The position numbers and the translations under genes are program-made. Source: Naegleria gruberi (lineage: Eukaryota). From it: a DNA stretch of 64,000 nt. Of the stretch, positions 36,631 through 46,998 are shown piece by piece. The stretch is taken from assembly GCA_000004985.1 (NCBI GenBank), contig GG738882.1, one strand, 5' to 3'. Each line of letters opens with the position of its first letter. Position 1 is the stretch's first letter. The notes beneath the pieces were generated by a model. That model worked only from the letters and a program-made list of their open reading frames with translations. It was not told where the DNA came from and searched no databases.

Positions 36631-39600
36631 TTATTCCAAATTGGCTTGCTTCATCAACTTATTCTTGTAGTTAACAATTCCTTGATAAGTTTCGAATTGT
36701 TGAGTGAAGATAAATCTAGAAAAGGTGTCACTCAAATTGAAAAGAACTTGATTTTGGAGAGTTTCAATTGATTTTCTGATTGACTCTTTCAATTCTTGTG
36801 AAATTTGATTCTTTTTGCCAAAATTCTTTCCATTTTCCAATTCAATATCTTTAGTTTTAGAATCTGTAGAGTCCAGGTCCTGTACAAGATTAACGAATGA
36901 TTTCTTACAATCTGATGGGATGTTAACTTCCTTCAAAGAACCGTTCTTGACATAGGTTTCATAAATATGCAGAATAATTGTTTGAGCTTGGTGAGAATCG
37001 TCCAAGTTTTCAAAAACATTATTCTGATTTTTGATTTCCAAATAAAGTTGTAAATTTTCAAGGGAATACTCCTTTTCGCAGAACCATTCGAACAATTGCA
37101 AACCCTCAGCATGTTCTAATAATTTCACTAACTCTTCTCCTTCATCTTGTTTAGTTTCGTATGAGCTCTTTCTAATCTTGTGAATAAATAGCACAATTAA
37201 AGAATAACCTCCAAATACAAACAAGTAACTGAACAAGTAGAGAATGTCAAAAAGTAATGAAATAGAATCATTCAATAGTAACATTTTCAAAGAGTCTGTC
37301 TTTCGATAAGTCAATCCTGATAGGCCAATAATTTGTGAAATAACCAAAAAGGTAAAACACATTACAAACAAACACATCTCAGCTCTGAAATATAATGGAG
37401 AATCCAATCTAATAATATTTTCATAAACCCCTTTCAGTGGAATCTTTACAAGTTTCTTTGCAGTTGTAAAATTATCGAATTTCTGCAGTTTTTCCAAACT
37501 TTTACCAGTAAGTAAATCATTCAAAGAGAAATTGAGCTTCCTTGTTTCATTATCTGTTGTTTGTTCTTGACCTTGTTTGATAATTTCGTTTTCCTTTCTC
37601 TTGGAGAGGAAGACCATAATCCAATCCAATGCAATCATACAACAAATAATGAATCCTAGAAGGAGAATCGAACAAGTAAACGAAATGGAAACAATATGAG
37701 TATACGTAGTGCCTGTAATGGCTCCAGTACGAATGAGAATAACCCACAGAGTCCAATACAATACATTCAATGTTACAAATACTGACATTACAATAAGCAT
37801 TACCTTGGTTGAAAGGAATAGTTTTGTAACCTTGAGAAGTGTTTCACTCTTTGGTTCTTTAGAATTAAACCTCAACCATATTTGATGATGAAAATATTTC
37901 AATACTTGGAATCTTAAAACTTGATACAAGTAGGAAAAGATTGCAGTGAGTGTAATGGTGTTTACAATAATTGTAAAAATATTCGAAATGATATTAGCAG
38001 CCAAATCTCCATTTTGTAATTGAAGAACTGTAGATTGACTATTTTCAAAATCATTTTGATTTCCAAGAACACTATTAGCATATCTCAGTAGAATACCTCT
38101 CTGAGTTATAAGTAAAAGTGCACATTCAATGATAAGAGCTGCCATTCCAATAAAAGGAGTTACAAATCTGCTAGTGACAGGTTGAGATTTTCTGAAAACA
38201 ATCAACAGTACTAAAGTAATCGATGATAGAATCAAGAATAAAGAGCCGAATGAAATTTGAGCAATGTAGAGTGAAGAAACTTGTTTAAGGAATTCTGCAT
38301 TTGTTGGAGTTTCTTGTTCTACAAATGCTGCAAAGAGAGTTGTGTGATTACATTGACAAGTTAATTGCTTGGTTTGATTGTTGAAATAATAAACTGAACA
38401 TCCTTCTCTTTCCCATTTGTGATTTGTTTCGTTCCAAAATTGGCAGCTTAATGAAGTGTTAGAAACTGAAGAGTTTGTTTCTAATGTAAAGCTAATGTAG
38501 ATTGGTTCAATTAAGTTGGACAATGATAACGGAGAACCAGATTTGTATAATGTGAATTCTTTTGAATTAGTCAATTGTGTTGAATTACCATTTGTGTACA
38601 AATTCTCATCAAAGGTTATGAGAGCCAATCCAATTTCCTTATAGTATCCATCGTATTTGGCAAGAATATAATCTGTATCTATTGTAACTCCATTAAATTC
38701 CTGAACAACATTGTCAATAGATGAAGTTTTCAAAAAAGTGGAAGTTGTAATGTTGATCAAGTCGGATATGTATGAATTCTGATCGAGAGATCCTGAAAAT
38801 ACTCTTGATGCTTGTTGGTTAATAATAATGGAAGATAATTGGGAACAAAGAGTTGTCACATTAACAAATCCGTTCAATAAAATATTGCTGGCAGATGACA
38901 AGGTATTTTTCAAATCGCTTTCTGACATTCTTTGTTTAGAGAGATAACCATTGGAAGACTTATCACTTTTGATTATTTCATTTACCGAGCCCAAGAAATT
39001 CTCCAATTTGGAACTAAGGATAGAAGCTACTTTGTTTTCTAATGAATTTGTTGTTGTCAACTGGTTAATAACTTCCAAAGTAAGTGAAGGATTTTCAACA
39101 TGGAGGTTAAGACTGTTCACATATTCGTATATTATTTCATTTGATTGTTTTCTTGATTGATCGTATGGAAGGATAACCGACAATCTCTCATCGTGTCTTA
39201 TTCTATACTGTAAGGTTTCTGCATCTTCAGAGTTGAGAAGAACTTGGACTGAACCAAAATATTTTGAATATTGATTGGAGAGACTGTCTCTTGCAATGAC
39301 ATATATTTGAACAGTGGCAGACTCAGTTTTGTTATTAGACAAATAAGGAAGGTAGCATGAACAAGTAAGATTCTTTGAAAACTCATTCATTCGAATAACA
39401 ATGTTTTCCCCATGTACATTCGAATATTCAAAACCAAATGCAAACTCTAACGGGGAAAGCTCGTATGGTACAATCCAGTTGTTCAAATCTTCTTCAAAGT
39501 TGAAAAGCGTTGAAAGGGCCATTCCTGTTTGAGGTAAAATATTAACATTAGAATGTAATCTTTCAGGAGGAGACAATATTGGAATGCTTTCTAAAAATTC

Positions 39601-42600
39601 AACTGTTTCAGAGAGATTTTGAGAATTATAAAATTTCACACTCAGTGTCAAGTTTCCTTGACCGTTATTATGAAAACTTCCTTTTAGAGAAAGAACTGGA
39701 CTAAACGAAAGTTTGTACAAACCATTAGTAGATCTTCCAATAAAACTGGCAAGTATATACTCTGGTGGTTGCGAATAAATTTTTTGATTTCCATCACTAA
39801 TCTGCCATGAATATTTCAAATTCGTCCAAGTACAATTTGTACAATTATTAGAAAGTCTAATGGATTCAAAATCATTAATATATTCTAAATATGCACCAAT
39901 GATGTTCATATCTATAACTTGGTTCAATCCTTTGACAACAGCTTTTGGTTTACCAATTATTTCTATTAATCTCTTTTCCTTTACAATTTTTTCCTTACAA
40001 TTCGCTCCAAAATAATCTGGTTTACAAGCACACGTGTTAGGATAAATGCAACTACCTTGTCCTGAACAAACTAAAGATGAATTTGTATAAATCACTCCAA
40101 AGCAATGGAAGAGGTCACAATTAATTCCAGTAAATCCTTCATTACATATACAGGTATCGGTGATATTGCAGTTTCCATGCCCAGAACAAACATTAGAATT
40201 ATTGAAAAGGACTCCATTACAATAAAATGTTTCACAATCCAATCCATCATATCCAATCTTACATGTACAGGAATTAGGAGAAGTACAAGTGCCAAATCCA
40301 GAACAAACACTTGTAGAATTATGCAATTGAGCATTACAATAAAAAGTCTCACAATTATCCCCGAAATAACCATCCTTACATTGACAAATATTTGGCAAAG
40401 TGCAATTTCCGTTTCCTGAACAAACCATTGAAGAATTGTGATTCACATTATTGCAGGAATAGTTTTCACATTCGTTTCCGCTATATCCAGAACTACAGAT
40501 GCAATTATTAGGAGAAGAGCAATAGCCATGTGATGAGCATACTTTGGAGGAATTATTCAATAGACCACTACAATTATAACTTTCACAATTATTACCAAAA
40601 TATCCATTCAAACAAGAGCAATTGTTTGGAGCAGTACAGTTTCCATTTCTAGAACAAACATCTGTGGAATTGTGCATCTTGTCACCACAAAAGTACGTTT
40701 CACAATTATTTCCATAATATCCTGTTTGACATGAAGAACAAATATTTGGAGATTGACATACTCCTCGTCCACTACAAACCTTTGTTGAATTGTTTTGAAT
40801 TCCAAAACAATCCCATACACTGCAATCTGATGAATAGTAGTTAGAAGAGCAAGAGCATTGATTTCCAGCAATACATACACCATGCCCTGAACAAACATTA
40901 GTTGAGTTGGTTGCATTAATTCCAAAACAAATTGGAACCTGACATAACGCACCTGTATATAGTGGAGAACACTGACAGTTGTCTATTCCTACACACGTAC
41001 CATGTCCAGAACAAACAATTGATGAGTTAGATAAGATTCCATTACATTTAGGATATTGACATCTCTCTCCTCCATATCCATTAACACATGAACACTGATT
41101 TACACCAATACATGTCCCTTTACCACTACAAACGTTAGATTCCCCTTGAAGAATACCATAACATTTGGGTTTCTCACAGTTTACGCCTCCCCACGAGCTG
41201 CTATCAGTGCATTGGCAAGTGTTAGGAGACTGACATGTACCTCTGCTATTACAAACAGTTCCATCTGTAGAAATAATGTTATTACATTTTGGAAATTGAC
41301 ATAGGTTACCTCCCCAATTATTTTGATCGTTACAATTGCAATTTTCAATGGAACTACATATTCCTCTTGAGTTACAAACAAGCGGATCACCCTTAAAATA
41401 AGATCCACATTTAGGATTTTCACAAAATTGACCTGAATAATTTGGATCGCAAATACAAACATTTGGGGCCGTACAGACACCATTTCTATTACAAACATTT
41501 GCGTCGCTGGCTGCTATACTATTACATTTTGGAAATTGGCAGAAGACTCCAGTATAATTTGTATTGCATGCACATGAACCCACACCAACACATGTTCCAT
41601 TTGCACTACAAACTTTGGGATCAGTTGACAGTATGTTGTCACACTTTGGATATTGACAATCTGATCCTCCCCAATTGTTTGGTACATTACATGTGCAAGA
41701 ATCTGGTGCTGAGCAAACACCTCTACTATTACATACACCAGCATTACCTTGTAAAACTCCATTACATTTTGGTTTTTCACAATTTTGACCTCCCCATGCT
41801 GCTGGACTTGTACACTGACACGAGTCAACTGCTGAACAAAGACCTCTTCCATTACAAACATTGGATTCTCCCTGAAGAATTCCAGAACATTTTGGTTTTT
41901 CACAATTAGCTCCTCCCCAACTTGTTGGTTCATCACATTGGCACTGATTGTTTCCAATACATTTGCCTCTACCTGAGCAAACTGTTGCAAAGTTAATACT
42001 CTCAATACCATTACAAAAGCTTGTAAAACACTGTGTGCCATTACTGTTCAGGTTGTAACCATTATCGCAAGTTGGCATTAAAACACGAATCTTATTCGTA
42101 CCTCTCTCTGCAAATATAATTTGTCCAGTAGTTTCATTCACAAACAAACCAGCAGGAAGTGAAAGAGGACTCAAATGTGAAATTGACCCATCATCTGCAA
42201 GGGCTTGTATTCCATTACCAGCAATGGTTGAAATGATTCCATTCTTCACTCTTCTAATTCTATTGTTTTCGTGATCTGATATATAAATTACTTCATCTTG
42301 AGTAACATAGACAAATACTGGATCTTGCAGCATGGAAGATTTTGCAGCAACATTATCTGGTCCAAATCCTAAGGTTCCATTTCCTGCAACAGTTGAAATC
42401 TTTCCGTCTGGTTGAATCATTCTTATTCGATGATTCTTCTTATCGACAATGTAGATCTTATCATTTCTAACGAAAACACCATGGGGTTCATTTAACTGAG
42501 CTGTACTTGCTTGAATTCCATCTCCATTATAATTAGCCGTTCCAGTACCTGCAATAGTGGTAACAGTTCCTGACTCGACCTTTTTAACTTTGTGATTATA

Positions 42601-43176
42601 AAAGTCAGCAATATAATATAAGCCAGTGTAAGGTACAAAGATAGCTGGTGGATGGTCTAGTTGAGTTACTCCTGTGGCTCCTATAGCATCTCCACAACCA
42701 GGAACCCCAACACTTGTTGCAATGATATTAGAACTCACCATACGAATTTTACAGTTATATTGATCTGCAATATAAATGATATTGTCCATAACAAAGACAC
42801 CATATGGATAGTATAGTTTGGCAGAGGTAGCTAACTGTCCATCTCCTGTAGAACCTTGTTGACCAACCTTGCCAGCAATAATGGTAACATCACCATTAGC
42901 ACTTCTTTTCTGGACAATATTATTGTACTGATCCACAAAGTAAATCTCATTGTTGTACATGTGCAGGCCACCAGGTTTTTGTAAATTACTAACGAGAGTT
43001 TGGATTGTATATTTGATAGGCGATTCGGCTTGTTTAGAATATCCACCCCACAAGAACAAAATCACCAGAACAATTATTGGCAGGCATCTGTTTGGAAGAG
43101 GTGTCATACTATTTTTTTTGTTGAGATTCGTTTTGTTTATGCACTTCACCACTTGGACTGTTAAGTCCATTCTCAT
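36631..43176 (-). CDS. adhesion-GPCR-like giant protein (2181 aa, single exon): signal/anchor, NHL repeats, ~20 EGF-like Cys repeats, spacer, GPS-like motif, 7TM, C-terminal RGS domain
   Basis: The NHL repeats (~plus 42070..43000) include YFVDQYNNIVQKR, IYIADQYNCKIRMV, YYIADFYNHKVKKV, IYIVDKKNHRIRMI, IYISDHENNRIRRV. The EGF-like units (~40150..42070) follow the pattern PKC.G.L.....VC.SRG.C..P..C.C....W.G..C. The GPS-like motif (~38330..38450) is CQFWNETNHKWEREGCSVYYFNNQTKQLTCQCNHTTLFAAF. Seven helices lie at ~37180..38290. The RGS domain (~36690..37130) starts with LQLFEWFCEKEYSLENLQLYLEI and ends with LSDTFSRFIFTQQFETY. Confidence 0.8.
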   Translation of the reverse strand: MRMDLTVQVVKCINKTNLNKKNSMTPLPNRCLPIIVLVILFLWGGYSKQAESPIKYTIQTLVSNLQKPGGLHMYNNEIYFVDQYNNIVQKRSANGDVTIIAGKVGQQGSTGDGQLATSAKLYYPYGVFVMDNIIYIADQYNCKIRMVSSNIIATSVGVPGCGDAIGATGVTQLDHPPAIFVPYTGLYYIADFYNHKVKKVESGTVTTIAGTGTANYNGDGIQASTAQLNEPHGVFVRNDKIYIVDKKNHRIRMIQPDGKISTVAGNGTLGFGPDNVAAKSSMLQDPVFVYVTQDEVIYISDHENNRIRRVKNGIISTIAGNGIQALADDGSISHLSPLSLPAGLFVNETTGQIIFAERGTNKIRVLMPTCDNGYNLNSNGTQCFTSFCNGIESINFATVCSGRGKCIGNNQCQCDEPTSWGGANCEKPKCSGILQGESNVCNGRGLCSAVDSCQCTSPAAWGGQNCEKPKCNGVLQGNAGVCNSRGVCSAPDSCTCNVPNNWGGSDCQYPKCDNILSTDPKVCSANGTCVGVGSCACNTNYTGVFCQFPKCNSIAASDANVCNRNGVCTAPNVCICDPNYSGQFCENPKCGSYFKGDPLVCNSRGICSSIENCNCNDQNNWGGNLCQFPKCNNIISTDGTVCNSRGTCQSPNTCQCTDSSSWGGVNCEKPKCYGILQGESNVCSGKGTCIGVNQCSCVNGYGGERCQYPKCNGILSNSSIVCSGHGTCVGIDNCQCSPLYTGALCQVPICFGINATNSTNVCSGHGVCIAGNQCSCSSNYYSSDCSVWDCFGIQNNSTKVCSGRGVCQSPNICSSCQTGYYGNNCETYFCGDKMHNSTDVCSRNGNCTAPNNCSCLNGYFGNNCESYNCSGLLNNSSKVCSSHGYCSSPNNCICSSGYSGNECENYSCNNVNHNSSMVCSGNGNCTLPNICQCKDGYFGDNCETFYCNAQLHNSTSVCSGFGTCTSPNSCTCKIGYDGLDCETFYCNGVLFNNSNVCSGHGNCNITDTCICNEGFTGINCDLFHCFGVIYTNSSLVCSGQGSCIYPNTCACKPDYFGANCKEKIVKEKRLIEIIGKPKAVVKGLNQVIDMNIIGAYLEYINDFESIRLSNNCTNCTWTNLKYSWQISDGNQKIYSQPPEYILASFIGRSTNGLYKLSFSPVLSLKGSFHNNGQGNLTLSVKFYNSQNLSETVEFLESIPILSPPERLHSNVNILPQTGMALSTLFNFEEDLNNWIVPYELSPLEFAFGFEYSNVHGENIVIRMNEFSKNLTCSCYLPYLSNNKTESATVQIYVIARDSLSNQYSKYFGSVQVLLNSEDAETLQYRIRHDERLSVILPYDQSRKQSNEIIYEYVNSLNLHVENPSLTLEVINQLTTTNSLENKVASILSSKLENFLGSVNEIIKSDKSSNGYLSKQRMSESDLKNTLSSASNILLNGFVNVTTLCSQLSSIIINQQASRVFSGSLDQNSYISDLINITTSTFLKTSSIDNVVQEFNGVTIDTDYILAKYDGYYKEIGLALITFDENLYTNGNSTQLTNSKEFTLYKSGSPLSLSNLIEPIYISFTLETNSSVSNTSLSCQFWNETNHKWEREGCSVYYFNNQTKQLTCQCNHTTLFAAFVEQETPTNAEFLKQVSSLYIAQISFGSLFLILSSITLVLLIVFRKSQPVTSRFVTPFIGMAALIIECALLLITQRGILLRYANSVLGNQNDFENSQSTVLQLQNGDLAANIISNIFTIIVNTITLTAIFSYLYQVLRFQVLKYFHHQIWLRFNSKEPKSETLLKVTKLFLSTKVMLIVMSVFVTLNVLYWTLWVILIRTGAITGTTYTHIVSISFTCSILLLGFIICCMIALDWIMVFLSKRKENEIIKQGQEQTTDNETRKLNFSLNDLLTGKSLEKLQKFDNFTTAKKLVKIPLKGVYENIIRLDSPLYFRAEMCLFVMCFTFLVISQIIGLSGLTYRKTDSLKMLLLNDSISLLFDILYLFSYLFVFGGYSLIVLFIHKIRKSSYETKQDEGEELVKLLEHAEGLQLFEWFCEKEYSLENLQLYLEIKNQNNVFENLDDSHQAQTIILHIYETYVKNGSLKEVNIPSDCKKSFVNLVQDLDSTDSKTKDIELENGKNFGKKNQISQELKESIRKSIETLQNQVLFNLSDTFSRFIFTQQFETYQGIVNYKNKLMKQANLE

Positions 43177-43743
43177 TGGTCTCTTAGATTGAGTTATGGT
43201 TTGAATTTCTCATTTTTTGACATGAAGGACTAAACAGTGCTACAAAAAATTATGCTTTTTCTTTTAAAATGGAAATGATGGACAGTAATATCAACTATTT
43301 CATGAATGTGCTCTCATCTCCAACGGCACACGTACATTAGCCTTGTTGTGGAGAAGACATTTTTTCATTTTTTGGTTGCAATCATTTCTTTGCAGATCGA
43401 GTTGGTACGCACCTGGGTGAAAAGGTTTGGCAATTTTTTTGGATTTGAAAACTGTAAATAAATAATGGCGCGGTGTTGTTAAAAAGAGGAATACTTACCA
43501 TTAACCATTGTTTAAGAACTTACGAAACAAAATGTGAAATTATGAATATTTAACTAGGGCAAGTGCTTAACAATATTGTTTTCACTGCCATTTATACAAT
43601 TTGTCAAGGTCTATTTTACTATTAGATCACAAATCAAGAATCATCGGAAGATTGCAAGAAGAGGACTTTTAAGAGTTGGTAGTTGCTTGATAGAACACCA
43701 GTAGTACAAACAACTTCAAAGATGCATTATCACATTCTAAAAA

Positions 43744-46700
43744 ATGTATTCGCATCCACATCATCAGTTATCTTCAACACCAAATAACACGATTGGACAA
43801 CAAACATCACCATCAGTAAATCATCATCAGCAACTTTCAAGTCCACACTATCATCAGCAACAACAACCAAACAATGTTTATCAACAACAACAACATAATA
43901 GTACTGTAATAGCGAGCTTTAATGATGCGTCTGGTGTTGCTTTTAATGGAAATAATATTAATGGTGGCAGTAGTCATAATAATATGCCAATAGGTGGTGG
44001 TCATGGAACTAGTTTGATGACTCAATTACTATCTAACAACAATAATAATAACAACAACAATCAATCGCCATCCATGATGCAACAACAACATATTCAACAT
44101 AATTTTGCAAATAATAATAATCAAACAACACAACAACATCAATTGATGGCTAATAATAACATGAACCAACACCATAATGGAAGTTTGAGTAGTAACAGTG
44201 GTTCTCCGAATATCCATAGTTCCTCGTATAATAATAACAATTATATGAATCATCCAAATTTTGTATTGAATTCAACTCCTTCACCCGATAATAATATGTA
44301 TTCTCAGCAACAACAACAAATGTATCATAATACACAATTGTCAAATAATAATTATCAAAATAGTCAACAACCAATGATGATGAACCGAGCATCTCCTAAT
44401 CAACAACAACAACAAATTAATAATACTAGTGTAATGGATAATAACCACCAACCATGGAATCAATCTTCGGGAGGTGGTATTTGGAATCAATTCGTGATGA
44501 ATAATTCTAATCAACAAGTAACTGCACAAAGAAATTATAATCAAGCACCAACTATGGTCCAACAACATCAACAAATGGATAATATGAACTACAGTTATGT
44601 AAATAATTCAAACCCCCAAAATAGTGCATTACTCAGTCAGTTATTAAATAATAATAATACCATGATGAACCAGAATCCAACAGATGTGACAATAGATTCA
44701 TTGAATTATGCAACATCATCTGCAGTCGATGAACAGGATGACGGAGCAGAAGCTCAGTTTCACCCAATTGCATGTTTGAATTGCAGGAAAATACATAAAA
44801 GGTACGTACAAGTCAAATAACCTATTTCTAATTTTAATAGATGGTAAGTGATTGAAATTAGTTCAGTAATAATTTAGATTTTTAATGAAAATTAGTGGTA
44901 AGTAATATTATTCGAATAATTAAAATTCTAAATGACTGCATTCTTAGATAAGAAATTACCTTTCTGTACCAGATGTACAACTAAAGGATTGAATTGTGAA
45001 TATAAGGAACCATTCTTTAAAAAGGCTGCGGAGAAGAAGGAAAAGAAAAGGAGGAAGAAAAAAGGTGACATTATTACTATGTTCAATGTTGGAGATGAAA
45101 ATGAAGTGGCAGCCAATGCTATTAAATCTATCAAACAGAACACAATTGAAACCTATTGCAGCATTGTTTGTATGGGTAATCCACCATTTGATCAAGAGGT
45201 ATGTTTGAAATCTAATAATCAAATAATTTATAACCTTTCACTAGGCATTAGAGAAGTTATTACTTGTTGGACCACAAGAGTTGCTTAGTCGTCGTGACGT
45301 TTTATCATTTCTCTTGTCTATTCAATCTCTGTGTGAATTAAAGTTTGGATATCCTGATTTGGCAGAGGAAACAATGATCAAGGCAAGAAACAGTTTGTCA
45401 CATCATTTCGATGATTATGAAAATCCTTTCGTTGTTTGCACATATTCCCATCTTGCATTCTTCTATGCAGCCGAAGGAAAAACCAAACAAGCAAGAGGAT
45501 ATCTCAGTTTTGTAAATCATTACATGAGTGATTGGAAACAAGGTCATACTGCAGAAGAATCTCCACATGGAGAAATGAATGGAACTTTATATAGAGTTAG
45601 TATTTCGAGATTGAATTGGTTGTGTCTCATAACAGAACTAATTTCAACAGAGACCCATCCTGTCCCTAACATCTCCACTATTGAAAAACTCTCCTTGGAC
45701 ATGCTTGGACTTGCAATGCCAGAAGAATGGAAAGTTTATCTCACATATTATCAATTAACTGATAGTAAGAATGTGGACGAAAGATTGAAAACTTTGGAAT
45801 TATTTGGATCACTCCTGCACTTTGCAATGGGCCCTCAAAATAATTCTGTCTTTGCAACAAGATTGCACAGTCTCAACAATATCATTTGTATTAATGGGAT
45901 TAGAGCTACAGTGTTACTTCTATCTGGATGTAATGTTGGTGCCTTACATGGGGTTGATACTGCAGGATCAGATAAGGTGATAGCAGAGCACATTAATTTA
46001 TTGGAATATGCTGCTCTAGCTATTAGTAAGACGACTGAAGAAGAGTTCTTCCCATTCATTTCACCATACTTAATTTCCTTCTTTTTGGTCGCAGTTAAGG
46101 TTAATTTGGAAATTTGTAAAATGATAGAAAGAGGAGAACGTGAAAATTATCGTCCTTGTCCTAAAATTGTAAATAGAGAAGTGAAATTGGATGGCATTGA
46201 TTTAGACCAATATTATACAGTTGTAGATTATTATAGTGTTGTAGCAAAAGACTTGCGTGGATTGCATGTACTGAGGAAACGATATCGTTACATTGCTAAA
46301 TATGTTACAGACTTGGAAGAATTTCTAGCAAAGAGGTCTACCCAATCTTTGGAATCTATTGCCAATTTTGCCAATTCTTCTATCATTCCTGATTTGAGAA
46401 TCAACCAACCTTTGACAAACACCAATAAGAGTGAAAGAATTGGAACTTTTTATAGTGAAATGAGGAAATTCATGTTGACTTTTAACAAGGGATTAGGTGA
46501 AGCTCTCTTGGGTCAACCAAGAAAAAGTGGAACAGGTGGTGACAATTTATTCTCCCATCCAGCTCTTTCTATGGTAATGAATGGGTCAATCAAACCTGGA
46601 AATGTTAACGAGTTATCAATGTACGTCTCTGAAATATCCAAGAACGTTCAAGAGCAAGCAGATGCCTTACGAGATTTGAGCACGCCTAGTTCTATTGATG

Positions 46701-46768
46701 ATATTGAATTGGATTTTGCCTCCACTTTGGATCCATTCCAAGCTCACAGTTCAGTCAATCAATTCTGA
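43744..46768 (+). CDS. Zn(II)2Cys6 transcription factor with fungal-type middle homology region (~950 aa); exons ~43744..44801, micro-exons ~44841..44843 and ~44896..44897, ~44948..45198, ~45245..46768
   Basis: Exon 1 is Q/N-rich and ends ...HPIACLNCRKIHK+AG. A later exon begins DKKLPFCTRCTTKGLNCEYKEPFF. Only the route through ATG and TG micro-exons yields CLNCRKIHKRCDKKLPFCTRCTTKGLNCEY, which is C-x2-C-x6-C-x6-C-x2-C-x6-C. Both micro-exons are followed by GTAAGT donors and preceded by AATAG or ATTAG acceptors. The last intron (GTATGT...CACTAG) joins ...DQE to ALEKLLLVGPQELLSRRDVLSF.... Confidence 0.65.
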
Positions 46769-46998
46769 TTATTGCCTTATCCTGAGGTTGAATTCAATGA
46801 AAAAGTGCATTCTGAAATTCATCACAACTCAATTTTGAAATATCAAGCTAATAATAAATTTGAAGAAGAGGAAAATCTCTTGGTACCAATGGTTTTGTGC
46901 CAACTGTCTTTTTGAAAAGAAAATCCTTACATTTCCTCTTTGCATTCCGTTACAGGCTTAAATATTAAAATATTAAATTATTTAAATTTATTGAAAAT

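Noticed and set aside
40092-42041. Several 90-175-aa ORFs in other frames and on the + strand inside the giant gene (e.g. 40105..40419 +, 41442..41909 +, 41514..42041 -)
   Set aside because: They are shadow ORFs of the Cys-codon-rich, stop-poor EGF repeat region. The single long minus-strand frame carries all recognisable motifs.
43837-44574. Minus-strand ORFs of 60-80 aa inside the Q/N-rich first exon of the Zn2Cys6 gene
   Set aside because: They are low-complexity (CAA/AAT-rich) shadow frames with no independent signals.
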